From Microgenomates group bacterium ADurb.Bin219 (GTDB taxonomy: Bacteria; Patescibacteriota; Microgenomatia; UM-FILTER-40-11): a DNA stretch of 62,155 nucleotides. The notes under the pieces were generated by a model. The model was not told where the DNA came from. It saw only the letters and a program-made list of their open reading frames with translations, and ran no database searches. Of the stretch, positions 34,443-43,307 are shown in pieces; position 1 is the stretch's first letter, and every line of letters begins with the position of its first letter. Where the stretch lies: contig MWCH01000005.1 in the NCBI GenBank assembly GCA_002069945.1, positions 1 to 62,155 of the forward strand. The letters are read 5' to 3'. The position numbers and the translations under genes are program-made.

Positions 34443-35596
34443 GAAAAATTGTTATTACCGGCGGCCACTTGACCCCCGCGATTGCGACAATTCAGGAGTT
34501 GAAAAGCAAAAAAGAAAATCCCTGGAAGATTTATTACTTTGGTCGTAAGGTTTCTTTGGAGGGAACCAAAATCGCTTCCGTTGAGGCTAAAATTATTCCC
34601 GGTTTGGGCGTAATTTTTGTCCCCATCAATCCCGGCCGCTGGCAAAGGCGTTTTTCCGTTTATACACTGGCCAGCTTATTAAGGGTTCCTTGGGGTTTTT
34701 TTCAGGCAACAGTAAATTTGTTCAGGATTAAACCCGATCTGATTTTATCTTTTGGCAGTTACGTTTCCACCCCGGTCGTTATTGCCGGCTGGTTAATGGG
34801 AATACCCATCGTCAGTCACGAGCAAACACCGACTGCCGGTTTGGCCAACGCAATTAATTCCCGCTTTTCGGTCAAAATTGCCGTAACTTTTAAGGAAAGC
34901 TTAAATAATTTTCCTTCGGGAAAAGCGGTTTTTACCGGCAATCCCTTAAGAAAAGAAATTTTTATTGACCGGACAGACGAATTTACCCAAAAGATAAAAA
35001 AAATGATGGCCCGAAAGAACCTTCCTTTACTTTATATAACCGGAGGTAATCAGGGTTCGGCGCCTATTAACAAATTTATCGCCGATCATCTTCCCTGCTT
35101 TCTTGATAATTTTATTATTCTTCACCAAACCGGTAGTTTGGACTATCCCAATTTAATTAAATTAAAAATGAAATTAATAAACAATCTTCGGGAAAATTAT
35201 TTTCTTAAAGATTTTATTTCTTTAAAGGAAATCGGCTGGGTTTTTAAAAATGCTCTTCTTGTTGTTTCCCGTTCCGGAGCCAATATTTGTTATGAGCTGG
35301 GTTGCTTGGGGAAGCCGGCTATTTTAATACCTTTGCCTTTTTCTTTTCGCAACGAACAGTTTAAAAATGCCGCCAGGCTTAAGGATCTTGGTTTGGCGGA
35401 AATACTGGAAGAAGACCGGTTAAATCTTAAAAACTTTAATTTAGCCATTTCCCGATTAACGGATAAAGATTTTTTGGCAAAGAATTTAACCAAATTAGCC
35501 GATTTTTATCCTAGAGACGGAGCGGAAAAATTAGTGAAAATAATTGAGGAGATTTATAAAGAAAAAATTAAAAAAACTAACGGATTAAAAGATTAA
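34439..35596 (+). CDS. murG: UDP-GlcNAc:lipid I GlcNAc transferase
   Basis: ITGGHLTPAIA, TGGNQGS, SRSGANICYELGCLGKPAILIPLP. ATGA overlap with ftsW. Confidence 0.9.
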   Translation: MRKIVITGGHLTPAIATIQELKSKKENPWKIYYFGRKVSLEGTKIASVEAKIIPGLGVIFVPINPGRWQRRFSVYTLASLLRVPWGFFQATVNLFRIKPDLILSFGSYVSTPVVIAGWLMGIPIVSHEQTPTAGLANAINSRFSVKIAVTFKESLNNFPSGKAVFTGNPLRKEIFIDRTDEFTQKIKKMMARKNLPLLYITGGNQGSAPINKFIADHLPCFLDNFIILHQTGSLDYPNLIKLKMKLINNLRENYFLKDFISLKEIGWVFKNALLVVSRSGANICYELGCLGKPAILIPLPFSFRNEQFKNAARLKDLGLAEILEEDRLNLKNFNLAISRLTDKDFLAKNLTKLADFYPRDGAEKLVKIIEEIYKEKIKKTNGLKD

Positions 35597-35638
35597 AAGA
35601 TTAACAAATTAAAAAATTAGAAATTGAGAAAGAGAAAT
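35583..35638. repeat. Octamer-register patch (GATTAAAA x2, GATTAACA, AATTAAAA, AATTAGAA, ATTGAGAA, AGAGAAAT)
   Basis: Read directly. Covers the murG stop (35594..35596), the spacer and the start of the next ORF. Confidence 0.75.
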
Positions 35639-36016
35639 AAAAAAAGCAAAAAAAGTTTTCTTGTATTTTTGACGGCAATGATTATTTTCTTGGCCGCATT
35701 TTTTATAAGAAAGGCAGGGATTGATTCTTCAGCCAAAGATATTCCTTTATTAAGTCCGGTTTCGGAATCTTTTTTTAACAAAAACGGTTCGGAAATATTA
35801 AAGCAGGCCGGAATTGAGATTTCCGGTTCTTTAATAGAGGAGGAAAACGCGCTTGTTGCGACTTTATCTTCCGGAACGACTGTTTTCTTTAAAAAAGGAG
35901 AAAAAATTGAACAAAAACTTCCCTCTTTACAATTAATTTTAAAAAACATTAAAATGGAGGGAAGGTGGCCGGTGAAAATTGATTTGCGTTTCACCCGGCC
36001 TGTGATAGGATATTAA
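35624..36016 (+). CDS. Short FtsQ/DivIB-like bitopic protein
   Basis: Sits between murG and ftsA. Basic N-terminus plus one TM segment. C-terminal VKIDLRFTRPVIGY resembles the FtsQ end. Confidence 0.4.
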   Translation: MRKRNKKSKKSFLVFLTAMIIFLAAFFIRKAGIDSSAKDIPLLSPVSESFFNKNGSEILKQAGIEISGSLIEEENALVATLSSGTTVFFKKGEKIEQKLPSLQLILKNIKMEGRWPVKIDLRFTRPVIGY

Positions 36017-36021
36017 ATTAA

Positions 36022-37329
36022 ATGGTTAATCGACCTAAGATAGTTGCCGGAATTGATGTCGGCAGCTCAAAAATTGCCACAATTATTGCCCAAATAAACC
36101 AGGAGAAAGAAGCAATAAATATTGTGGGGACTTCTTCCGTTCCTTCATTGGGTATCCGAAAAGGCCAAATTGTCAACATTGAAGAAGCGTCGGCCGCAAT
36201 TGTCAACAGCGTTGAAGCGGCGGAAAGAATGGCCGGTTATTCTCTCAGTCGCTTGATTTTATCAGTCGGCGGAGCGCATATCGCTTCCCAAAATTCTCAC
36301 GGTGTAGTTGCCGTCGCCGAACCGGAAGGAGAAATTAATAGTGAAGACATCCGCCGGGTAATTGAAGCGGCCAAGGCGGTTTCCATTCCTTCTTCAAGAG
36401 AAATAATCCATGTTTTACCGCGCACCTATACGGTTGATTCCCAGGAAGGAGTAGCCGATCCGATCGGAATGAGCGGAGTTCGTTTGGAAGTAGAGACCCA
36501 CATTATTACCGGTTCAACCACGGCGATCAGGAATTTGACCAAATGCGTGGCTGAAGTTGGCGCCAATATTGAAAATCTGGTTTTCTCCGGTATTGCGGCG
36601 GCGGAAGCGGTTTTAACCGAAACGGAAAAAGAATTGGGCGTTGTTTTGGTGGATATCGGCGGCGGGACGACCAATGTTTTGATTTATATTGAAGGTTCTC
36701 CGGTTTATACCTCGGTTTTGCCGATTGGAGCCAAGAATGTGACCAACGACTTGGCGATCGGTTTGCGGTTATCTTTGGAATCGGCAGAAAAATTAAAATT
36801 GTCTTTGGCAGAAAAAGAAGCTAAGGAAAAGGTTGTCGAGGAAGCTGCAGAGGAAGAGAAAAAACCGGAGACAAAAGATAAAGACGAGATTGATCTTTCC
36901 CGGTTGGGAATAGAAGAAGCCAAATCGGTTTCCCGCAAAACGGTGGTTGAGGGTATTATTAAGCCCCGCTTGAACGAAATTTTTTCCATGGTCGGCCAGG
37001 AGTTGCAAAAAAGCGGGTTTGCCGGAATGACGCCTTCGGGAATCGTTCTTTCCGGCGGCGGAGCTTTAACGGTAAGCGCCGTGGAAACCTGCAAAAGAAA
37101 TCTGGCCCTGCCGGTCAGGGTTGGTTTTCCTTCTTTGGCGACCGGGTTGATTGATGATATCTTAACTCCTGCTTTTGCGACCGCCATCGGCTTAATTCAA
37201 TTTGCCGGAAAAGAAAGCGCTTTCGTTTCCAAAATGAGCAGTCCGCCGATTGGCCGATTAATGGACAAACTTCCCGGCAGGGGTTCGTTGGGAAAATTGG
37301 TGGATATGGTAAAGTCCTTTTTACCATAA
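36022..37329 (+). CDS. ftsA: Cell division protein FtsA
   Basis: VAGIDVGSSKIATII, VLVDIGGGTTNVLIY, IVLSGGGA (actin-fold phosphate motifs). Confidence 0.9.
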   Translation: MVNRPKIVAGIDVGSSKIATIIAQINQEKEAINIVGTSSVPSLGIRKGQIVNIEEASAAIVNSVEAAERMAGYSLSRLILSVGGAHIASQNSHGVVAVAEPEGEINSEDIRRVIEAAKAVSIPSSREIIHVLPRTYTVDSQEGVADPIGMSGVRLEVETHIITGSTTAIRNLTKCVAEVGANIENLVFSGIAAAEAVLTETEKELGVVLVDIGGGTTNVLIYIEGSPVYTSVLPIGAKNVTNDLAIGLRLSLESAEKLKLSLAEKEAKEKVVEEAAEEEKKPETKDKDEIDLSRLGIEEAKSVSRKTVVEGIIKPRLNEIFSMVGQELQKSGFAGMTPSGIVLSGGGALTVSAVETCKRNLALPVRVGFPSLATGLIDDILTPAFATAIGLIQFAGKESAFVSKMSSPPIGRLMDKLPGRGSLGKLVDMVKSFLP

Positions 37330-37346
37330 ATTCAATTGGAAATTTG

Positions 37347-37355
37347 TGATATAAT
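37347..37355 (+). promoter_or_regulatory. Putative extended -10 promoter (TGaTATAAT) upstream of ftsZ
   Basis: TG at 37347..37348 and TATAAT at 37350..37355. AAAGGA Shine-Dalgarno precedes ATG 37408. Confidence 0.45.
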
Positions 37356-37407
37356 TATTACTATCATTAAAACTGCCCCGAGTTTCTTCGTTAGTAGAAA
37401 GGATTAA

Positions 37408-38550
37408 ATGGCATTAGTTAAACCAGATGTTGGTCGATTTGCCCGCATTAAAGTTTTGGGAGTTGGCGGCGGCGGCGGCAACGCGGTTAATTCCATGATT
37501 GCTTCAAACACGATTGCCGGTGTTGATTTTGTGGTTCTAAATACGGACGCCCAGGCTTTGTTGGCCAACCAGTCCCCGGTCAAAATTCAATTGGGAGAAA
37601 ATCTCAGCCGCGGTTTGGGAGTTGGCGGCAATCCGGAACTGGGAGCGAAGGCGACCGAGGAATCCCGAGAAAAAATCAAAGAGATTTTAACGGATACGGA
37701 TATGGTTTTTATCACCGGCGGGATGGGCGGCGGGACCTGTACCGGAGGTGCCCCGATTATTGCCGAGATTGCCAAAGAGCAAGGTGCTTTAACGGTTGCC
37801 GTGGTTACCAAGCCTTTTGCTTTTGAGGGAACCAAAAGAATGGTGGTTGCCGAAGACGGAATAAGCAATTTAAAAGAAAAGGTTGACGCCCTGATTGTTA
37901 TTCCCAACCAAAGGCTGATGGATACGATTGACCGGAAAATGACTTTGGTGGAAGCATTCAAAATTGCGGATTCGGTTCTTTCTTCCGGAGTGCAGGGTAT
38001 TTCCGACTTAATTACCTTGCCCGGCTTGATCAACCGGGATTTTGCCGATGTCAGGACGATTATGAAAGATGCCGGCAGTTGTTTTATGGGAATCGGAACC
38101 GGAGTCGGCGATAACCGGGCCCAGGCCGCGGCCAGAAGCGCCATTGCTTCTCCGCTCTTGGAAATTTCCATTGACGGAGCAAAAGGAATCCTTTTTAACA
38201 TTACCGGCGGACCGGATTTGACGATGGCCGAAGTGGAAGAGATCGCCAAGGTAATTTCCGAACATGCCGATGCCGACGCCAACATTATCTTCGGCGCGAC
38301 AATTTCCGAGACTATGGTTGACCAAGTTAAAGTGACGGTTATTGCGACCGGCTTTGACGAAACAAGAATGAGATTACAAAGGATGGTAATAAAACCGAAA
38401 GTAGAAGAAAAACCAATGACGGTAAAGCAGGTTATCCAGGAAAGAATAGAAAAAATTAAAGATAAAGAAGAAGAGTTGCCGGCGGAAATTCCTCCGGAAG
38501 AAATGGGCGAAGAGTTCGAGATCCCCGCATTTTTAAGGCAAGGCCATTAA
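37408..38550 (+). CDS. ftsZ: Cell division GTPase FtsZ
   Basis: [31 protein letters not shown] (tubulin signature), NLDFADV-like INRDFADV. Confidence 0.95.
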   Translation: MALVKPDVGRFARIKVLGVGGGGGNAVNSMIASNTIAGVDFVVLNTDAQALLANQSPVKIQLGENLSRGLGVGGNPELGAKATEESREKIKEILTDTDMVFITGGMGGGTCTGGAPIIAEIAKEQGALTVAVVTKPFAFEGTKRMVVAEDGISNLKEKVDALIVIPNQRLMDTIDRKMTLVEAFKIADSVLSSGVQGISDLITLPGLINRDFADVRTIMKDAGSCFMGIGTGVGDNRAQAAARSAIASPLLEISIDGAKGILFNITGGPDLTMAEVEEIAKVISEHADADANIIFGATISETMVDQVKVTVIATGFDETRMRLQRMVIKPKVEEKPMTVKQVIQERIEKIKDKEEELPAEIPPEEMGEEFEIPAFLRQGH

Positions 38551-38650
38551 GTTCATCCTGAGCACTTAATCCCTCTTTAACATTTTCGGGCAGTTAAAAT
38601 CTCCAAATATATTAATAGTTCCTTTTGTTTTAAATTATCCGGAAATCTAG

Positions 38651-38656
38651 TATAAT
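38651..38656 (+). promoter_or_regulatory. Putative -10 box (TATAAT) exactly 7 nt before the ileS ATG (leaderless candidate)
   Basis: TATAAT at 38651..38656 and ATG at 38664. No Shine-Dalgarno. -35 is weak. Confidence 0.45.
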
Positions 38657-38663
38657 TTTGGCT

Positions 38664-41573
38664 ATGTTTAAACCGGTTGATTTAAAAATTGATTTTCCGG
38701 CAATGGAGCGCCGGATATTAGACTGGTGGTATTCTTCAGGATTGGTCAATAAATATCTTCACCGCAACGATTCTTCAAAGAAAAAATTTTCTTTTTTTGA
38801 CGGTCCGATTACGGCCAATAATCCCATGGGTGTTCACCACGCTTGGGGCCGAACCTATAAAGATCTTTGGCAGAGATATAAAAATATGAACGGATTTCGC
38901 CAAAGGTTTCAAAACGGATTTGACAACCAGGGCCTTTGGGTAGAGGTTGAGGTGGAAAAAGAAAAAGGCTTCCGCTCCAAAAAAGAAATTGAAAAGTACG
39001 GAATAGAAAAATTTGTTAACGATTGCCGCGAAAGAACCTTAAAGTGCGCCAAAGAGCAGACTGAGCAATCAAAGAGGTTGGGCTATTTTATGGATTGGGA
39101 GAACTCCTATTACACCTTAAGCGAAGAAAACAACTACATGATTTGGCATTTTTTAAAAAAATGCTGGCAGACCGATTGGCAGGGTGGTCCGGGATTATAT
39201 AAAGGTCGCGATTCGGTTCCCTGGTGCCCCCGTTGCGGAACCGCCATTTCCCAACACGAAATTTTAACCGAAGAATATAAAGAATTAACCCACGAGTCGG
39301 TTTATTTCCGTTTGCCTTTGGTTGATCGGGAAAATGAATACTTTCTGGTTTGGACAACCACCCCCTGGACAATTCCGGCCAATGTCGGCTTGGCCGTCAA
39401 TCCGAAATTGGAATATTGGTTAGTTGAAGGAGAAGACAAAAAAAGATATTGGCTTGTCGCCGATTTGGCAAAAACGGTTTTCGGCGAAAAAGCAAAACCA
39501 GTTAAAAAAACAAAAGGGAATTCTTTGGTCGGTTTAAAGTATCTTGGTCCTTTTGACGAACTTTTGGCGGTTCAGGAAGCCAAAAAAGAAAAACCGGAAA
39601 CTTTTCATACGGTTTTGGCTTCCGAAGAGCTGGTAACGGCGACCGAAGGGACCGGCATCGTTCATCTTGCTACCGGCTGCGGTCAGGAAGATTTCGCTTT
39701 AGGTAAGGAAAATAATTTGCCGGTAATCGCGGCAATTGACGAATCGGCCAATTATTTTGAGAATTTCGGGGATTTGTCCGGCAAGAACGCCAAAAAAGAT
39801 CCGGATTTAATTTTAAAACACACCTTGCTGAAAGACTTCCTTTTTAAAATTACACCTTACACCCACCGCTATCCGACTTGCTGGAGATGTAAAACGGAAT
39901 TGGTTTGGCGGGTAGTTGACGAATGGTATATTGCCATGGATACGGTTCGGGAAAAAATGATGGCGATAACCAAAAAAATTAATTGGCTGCCGGCCTGGGG
40001 GAAAGATCAAGAGCTGGATTGGCTTAAAAATATGCACGATTGGTTGATTTCCAAAAAAAGATATTGGGGTCTGGCTTTACCGATTTGGGAATGCCAATGC
40101 GGATATTTTGAAGTGATTGGCTCAAAAGAAGAGTTAAAGGAAAAAGCGGTTGAGGGTTGGAAGAAATTTCAGGGTCATACGCCTCACCGGCCTTGGATTG
40201 ATGAAGTAAAAATTCTTTGTCCAAAATGCGGGGAAAAAGCCTCGCGAATAAAAGATGTCGGAAACCCCTGGCTGGACGCGGGGATTATCTCTTTCTCAAC
40301 CCTGGTTGCTCCGGAAACCAAAAAAGTGAGCTACTTAACCGATAAAAAATATTGGCAAGAGTGGTATCCGGCCGATTTTATTACCGAAAGTTTTCCTGGC
40401 CAGTTCAAAAACTGGTTTTACTCTCTTTTGGCGATGGCAACGGTTTTGGAAAATGAAGCGCCTTTTAAAAACGTTTTGGCTTACGCTTTGGTCAGGGACG
40501 AAAAAGGGGAAGAGATGCATAAAAGCAAGGGAAACGCGATTTGGTTTGATGATGCGGCGGAAAAGATGGGGGTTGACGTGATGCGCTGGATGTATGTTTT
40601 ACAAAATCCGGAAGCAAATCTTAATTTCGGTTTTCAGGTTGCGGACGAAGTCAGGCGCCGTTTCCACCTGATGATTTGGAATGTCTATAACTTTTTTGTC
40701 ACTTATGCGAATATTGCGGAAACTCAAAACCTAAATTTTAAAACTAATAACGAAAATTTAAAACTTAAATCTGTTTTGGACAAGTGGATTATTTCTAAAC
40801 TTAACGGATTAATAAAAATTGTTACCGAAGCTTTGGATAAATACGATCCGTTTTTAGCCAGCCATGCCATTGAGGAGTTTGTCGTTAACGATCTTTCCGC
40901 CTGGTATGTCCGCCGTTCGCGGGATCGGGTTTCTCCTTCTTCGGCCGACCGCCAAGACCAGGAAGATTGTTTCCGGACGCTGTTTCTCGTTTTAAATAAT
41001 TTGGTCAAGATTTTGGCGCCCTTTACTCCTTTTATTGCGGAAGAGATTTATCAGAATCTCGCAACGAAAAAAGAAGGAGAATTAAAAAGTGTCCATCTGG
41101 AAGGCTGGCCCAGTCCGGAAGAAAATTTGATTGATTTGGAATTGGAAGAAAAAATGGTTTTGGCAAGGAAAATTTGCGAGATGGGCCACGCCGCCAGAAA
41201 AAGTGCCGGCATTAAAGTTCGTCAGCCTCTTTCAAAGTTATCTATCAAGAATCTTCCTTTAAATATTGACGAGGTGGCAGACTTAATCAAAGACGAGTTG
41301 AACGTCAAAGAATTGCTGGGCAATATCGGGAAAGGGGAGTTAACGGTTGAGTTGGATACCGAGATTACCGCCGGACTTAAAGAAGAAGGAGAAGCCAGGG
41401 ATATTATCAGGCAAATCCAAGAGGCCAGAAAAAATGTTGGTTGTCGGCTGGACGAAAAAGTTGAAGTATATTTTCCTAATTGGCCGGAAAAATTTACCGA
41501 ATTAATCAAAAAAGAAACCTTGGCCATTAAAATTGAGAAAAAAGAAACCTTGGAAATTATCAGAAACCAATGA
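38664..41573 (+). CDS. ileS: Isoleucine--tRNA ligase
   Basis: ANNPMGVHHAWGRTYKD (HIGH-region variant), EMHKSKGN (KMSKS), WCPRCGTAIS, CWRCKTELV, GFDNQGLWVEVEVEK. Confidence 0.85.
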   Translation: MFKPVDLKIDFPAMERRILDWWYSSGLVNKYLHRNDSSKKKFSFFDGPITANNPMGVHHAWGRTYKDLWQRYKNMNGFRQRFQNGFDNQGLWVEVEVEKEKGFRSKKEIEKYGIEKFVNDCRERTLKCAKEQTEQSKRLGYFMDWENSYYTLSEENNYMIWHFLKKCWQTDWQGGPGLYKGRDSVPWCPRCGTAISQHEILTEEYKELTHESVYFRLPLVDRENEYFLVWTTTPWTIPANVGLAVNPKLEYWLVEGEDKKRYWLVADLAKTVFGEKAKPVKKTKGNSLVGLKYLGPFDELLAVQEAKKEKPETFHTVLASEELVTATEGTGIVHLATGCGQEDFALGKENNLPVIAAIDESANYFENFGDLSGKNAKKDPDLILKHTLLKDFLFKITPYTHRYPTCWRCKTELVWRVVDEWYIAMDTVREKMMAITKKINWLPAWGKDQELDWLKNMHDWLISKKRYWGLALPIWECQCGYFEVIGSKEELKEKAVEGWKKFQGHTPHRPWIDEVKILCPKCGEKASRIKDVGNPWLDAGIISFSTLVAPETKKVSYLTDKKYWQEWYPADFITESFPGQFKNWFYSLLAMATVLENEAPFKNVLAYALVRDEKGEEMHKSKGNAIWFDDAAEKMGVDVMRWMYVLQNPEANLNFGFQVADEVRRRFHLMIWNVYNFFVTYANIAETQNLNFKTNNENLKLKSVLDKWIISKLNGLIKIVTEALDKYDPFLASHAIEEFVVNDLSAWYVRRSRDRVSPSSADRQDQEDCFRTLFLVLNNLVKILAPFTPFIAEEIYQNLATKKEGELKSVHLEGWPSPEENLIDLELEEKMVLARKICEMGHAARKSAGIKVRQPLSKLSIKNLPLNIDEVADLIKDELNVKELLGNIGKGELTVELDTEITAGLKEEGEARDIIRQIQEARKNVGCRLDEKVEVYFPNWPEKFTELIKKETLAIKIEKKETLEIIRNQ
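40719..40767. repeat. Heptamer patch inside ileS (GAAACTC AAAACCT AAATTTT AAAACTA ATAACGA AAATTTA AAACTTA)
   Basis: Read directly. Translated as ETQNLNFKTNNENLKL. Confidence 0.65.
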
Positions 41574-42655
41574 AAGTTTTCCGGAATTTTGACTGGTTAT
41601 TTTTTCTGGTCATTTTTTTGCTTCTTACCTTTGGCTCCGTCACCATTTTAAGCGTTAATCCCGGGATTTTCAGCGATCAAATAGCCTATGCTCTTCTTTC
41701 GCTTGGAATTTTTTTTCTGTTTTCCTACCTAGACTTAAAAATATTTGAAAGTTTTGCCAAAGTTTTATATTTTGCTTCTTTGTTTTTCTTGACAACACCA
41801 TTGTTTTTAGGTGTTTTATCAAGGGGAGCGACCCGGTGGGTGGAAATTGCCGGAAAAACCTTTCAGCCTTCCGAGGCAGCAAAACTTTTTTTAATTGTTT
41901 TTTTGGCCCGCTATTGGGCTTACCGCCGGGTGAATCTCAGTAGTTTCTCGAGAGCCTTGTTTTTAATTTTGCCTCAGTTTTTTTTGGTTTTCAGACAGCC
42001 GGATTTGGGTAGCTCCCTGGTAATTATGGCGATTTTTTTCGGAATGATTTTATTAACCGAGATCCGGTGGCGTCAGATTTTTGTTCTTTTGGCCGGTTTT
42101 TTGCTTATTTTACCGATAAGCTGGTTTTTTCTTCACGATTATCAGAAAGAAAGAATTACCCATTTTTTAAATCCTTCCCTAGATCCCTTGGGAGCCGGTT
42201 ATAACGTCATCCAGTCTATTTTAACGGTCGGCTCAGGAGGTTTGACGGGGAAGGGCTTGGGAAAGGGTTCCCAAAGCCAGCTGGCATTTTTACCGGAAAA
42301 ACACACCGACTTTATTTTCAGTTCTTTCGCGGAAGCTTTTGGTTTTTTGGGATCTGTTTTGGTTATCTTTTTGTATTTTTTACTTTGCCGTCGGATAATT
42401 TACGCGATGAGAAAAACTGAAAGTGATTTTTCCAAATATCTTTGCGCCGGAGTTTTTTGGCTGGTTTTCTTTCAGTCAAGCGTTAATATCGGCATGAATT
42501 TGGGAATTTTGCCGATAACAGGTATTACTTTACCTTTGTTTTCCTACGGAGGCAGCTCCTTGCTTTCCACGATGGCCTGTTTGGGCTTGGTGGAAAACGT
42601 CATCCATTCCAATTTTGGCAAAGAGGCAATTGAAATCGGATTTAAAAGAGACTAG
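41570..42655 (+). CDS. rodA: SEDS-family protein (RodA/FtsW paralog)
   Basis: FQPSEAAKL, QPDLGS, LPEKHTDFIFSSFAE, PLFSYGGSS. ATGA overlap with ileS. No adjacent class B PBP. Confidence 0.7.
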   Translation: MKVFRNFDWLFFLVIFLLLTFGSVTILSVNPGIFSDQIAYALLSLGIFFLFSYLDLKIFESFAKVLYFASLFFLTTPLFLGVLSRGATRWVEIAGKTFQPSEAAKLFLIVFLARYWAYRRVNLSSFSRALFLILPQFFLVFRQPDLGSSLVIMAIFFGMILLTEIRWRQIFVLLAGFLLILPISWFFLHDYQKERITHFLNPSLDPLGAGYNVIQSILTVGSGGLTGKGLGKGSQSQLAFLPEKHTDFIFSSFAEAFGFLGSVLVIFLYFLLCRRIIYAMRKTESDFSKYLCAGVFWLVFFQSSVNIGMNLGILPITGITLPLFSYGGSSLLSTMACLGLVENVIHSNFGKEAIEIGFKRD

Positions 42656-42672
42656 ATCGGATTTTTGGACTC

Positions 42673-42701
42673 TGGACATTTTAGCTAATTACGTTTATAA
42701 T
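42673..42701 (+). promoter_or_regulatory. Promoter TGGACA-17 nt-TATAAT, with the rplU ATG 7 nt downstream (leaderless candidate)
   Basis: TGGACA at 42673..42678, 17-nt spacer, TATAAT at 42696..42701, ATG at 42709. The intervening TTCCTTC has no Shine-Dalgarno. Confidence 0.6.
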
Positions 42702-42708
42702 TTCCTTC

Positions 42709-43020
42709 ATGAAATACGCAGTCGTTAAGATCAGCAATAAACAATATTTGGCTAGCGAAGGCGATACTCTTAGGGTAAACAAGCTTTCTTTGGAAAAGGG
42801 AAAAAAGTTTGTTTCCGAAGAAATTTTGCTTTTGGTTGACGGAGATAAAGTGACTCTCGGCAAGCCTTTGGTTGAAGGAATTAAAATGGAAGCGGAAGTT
42901 ATCGGAGAGGAAAAAGGGGAGAAGGTCAGAGTAGCCAAGTTTAAGGCCAAAACCGGTTATCGTCGGGTTACCGGATTCAGGCCGCAATTTACTCTTCTTA
43001 AAATTAATAAAATTGCTTAA
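42709..43020 (+). CDS. rplU: 50S ribosomal protein L21
   Basis: MKYAVVKISNKQYLASEGD typical L21 start. 103 aa. Followed by L27. Confidence 0.9.
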   Translation: MKYAVVKISNKQYLASEGDTLRVNKLSLEKGKKFVSEEILLLVDGDKVTLGKPLVEGIKMEAEVIGEEKGEKVRVAKFKAKTGYRRVTGFRPQFTLLKINKIA

Positions 43021-43066
43021 TTGACCCTTGATTTTCGTGAAAACAAATATTATTCTTTAATACGAA

Positions 43067-43306
43067 ATGGCAAAAGCATCAGGAAAAGTAAATCAAAAAC
43101 CTCCTCGGGTCGGAAAAAGATTGGGAATTAAGAAAACTGGCGGTGAAGAAGTTGCTTCCGGAAATATCATCATCAGACAAAGGGGTTCAACTTTCCATCC
43201 TGGAAAAGGTACATTGATGGCTAAAGATTTTACCATTCAGGCTACCGAGAAAGGAAAAGTTAATTTTAAAACCTTAAAAGGAAAAAAAATAGTGGAGGTG
43301 ATCTAA
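43067..43306 (+). CDS. rpmA: 50S ribosomal protein L27 (divergent N-terminus)
   Basis: GKRLGIKKTGGEEVASGNIIIRQRGSTFHPGKG core. The N-terminus MAKASGK replaces the usual MAHKK. Confidence 0.85.
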   Translation: MAKASGKVNQKPPRVGKRLGIKKTGGEEVASGNIIIRQRGSTFHPGKGTLMAKDFTIQATEKGKVNFKTLKGKKIVEVI

Positions 43307-43307
43307 A

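Noticed and set aside
37587-38285. Long antisense or overlapping ORFs in the track. Examples: 37587..38285(-) in ftsZ, 36705..37187(-) in ftsA, 10254..10739(-) in manC, 44058..44516(-) in parB/lepB, 33653..34072(+) in ftsW, 1495..1782(+) and 1611..1895(-) in the PT-rich loop.
   Set aside because: They overlap genes with unambiguous family motifs. They have low-complexity or implausible composition and no Shine-Dalgarno or start context. They are treated as shadow ORFs.
38551-38663. T-box or other riboswitch leader upstream of ileS (and glyQS at 14399..14447)
   Set aside because: The spacers are only 113 and 49 nt, too short for a T-box. No specifier/terminator architecture is visible. A TATAAT sits 7 nt from the ileS ATG.
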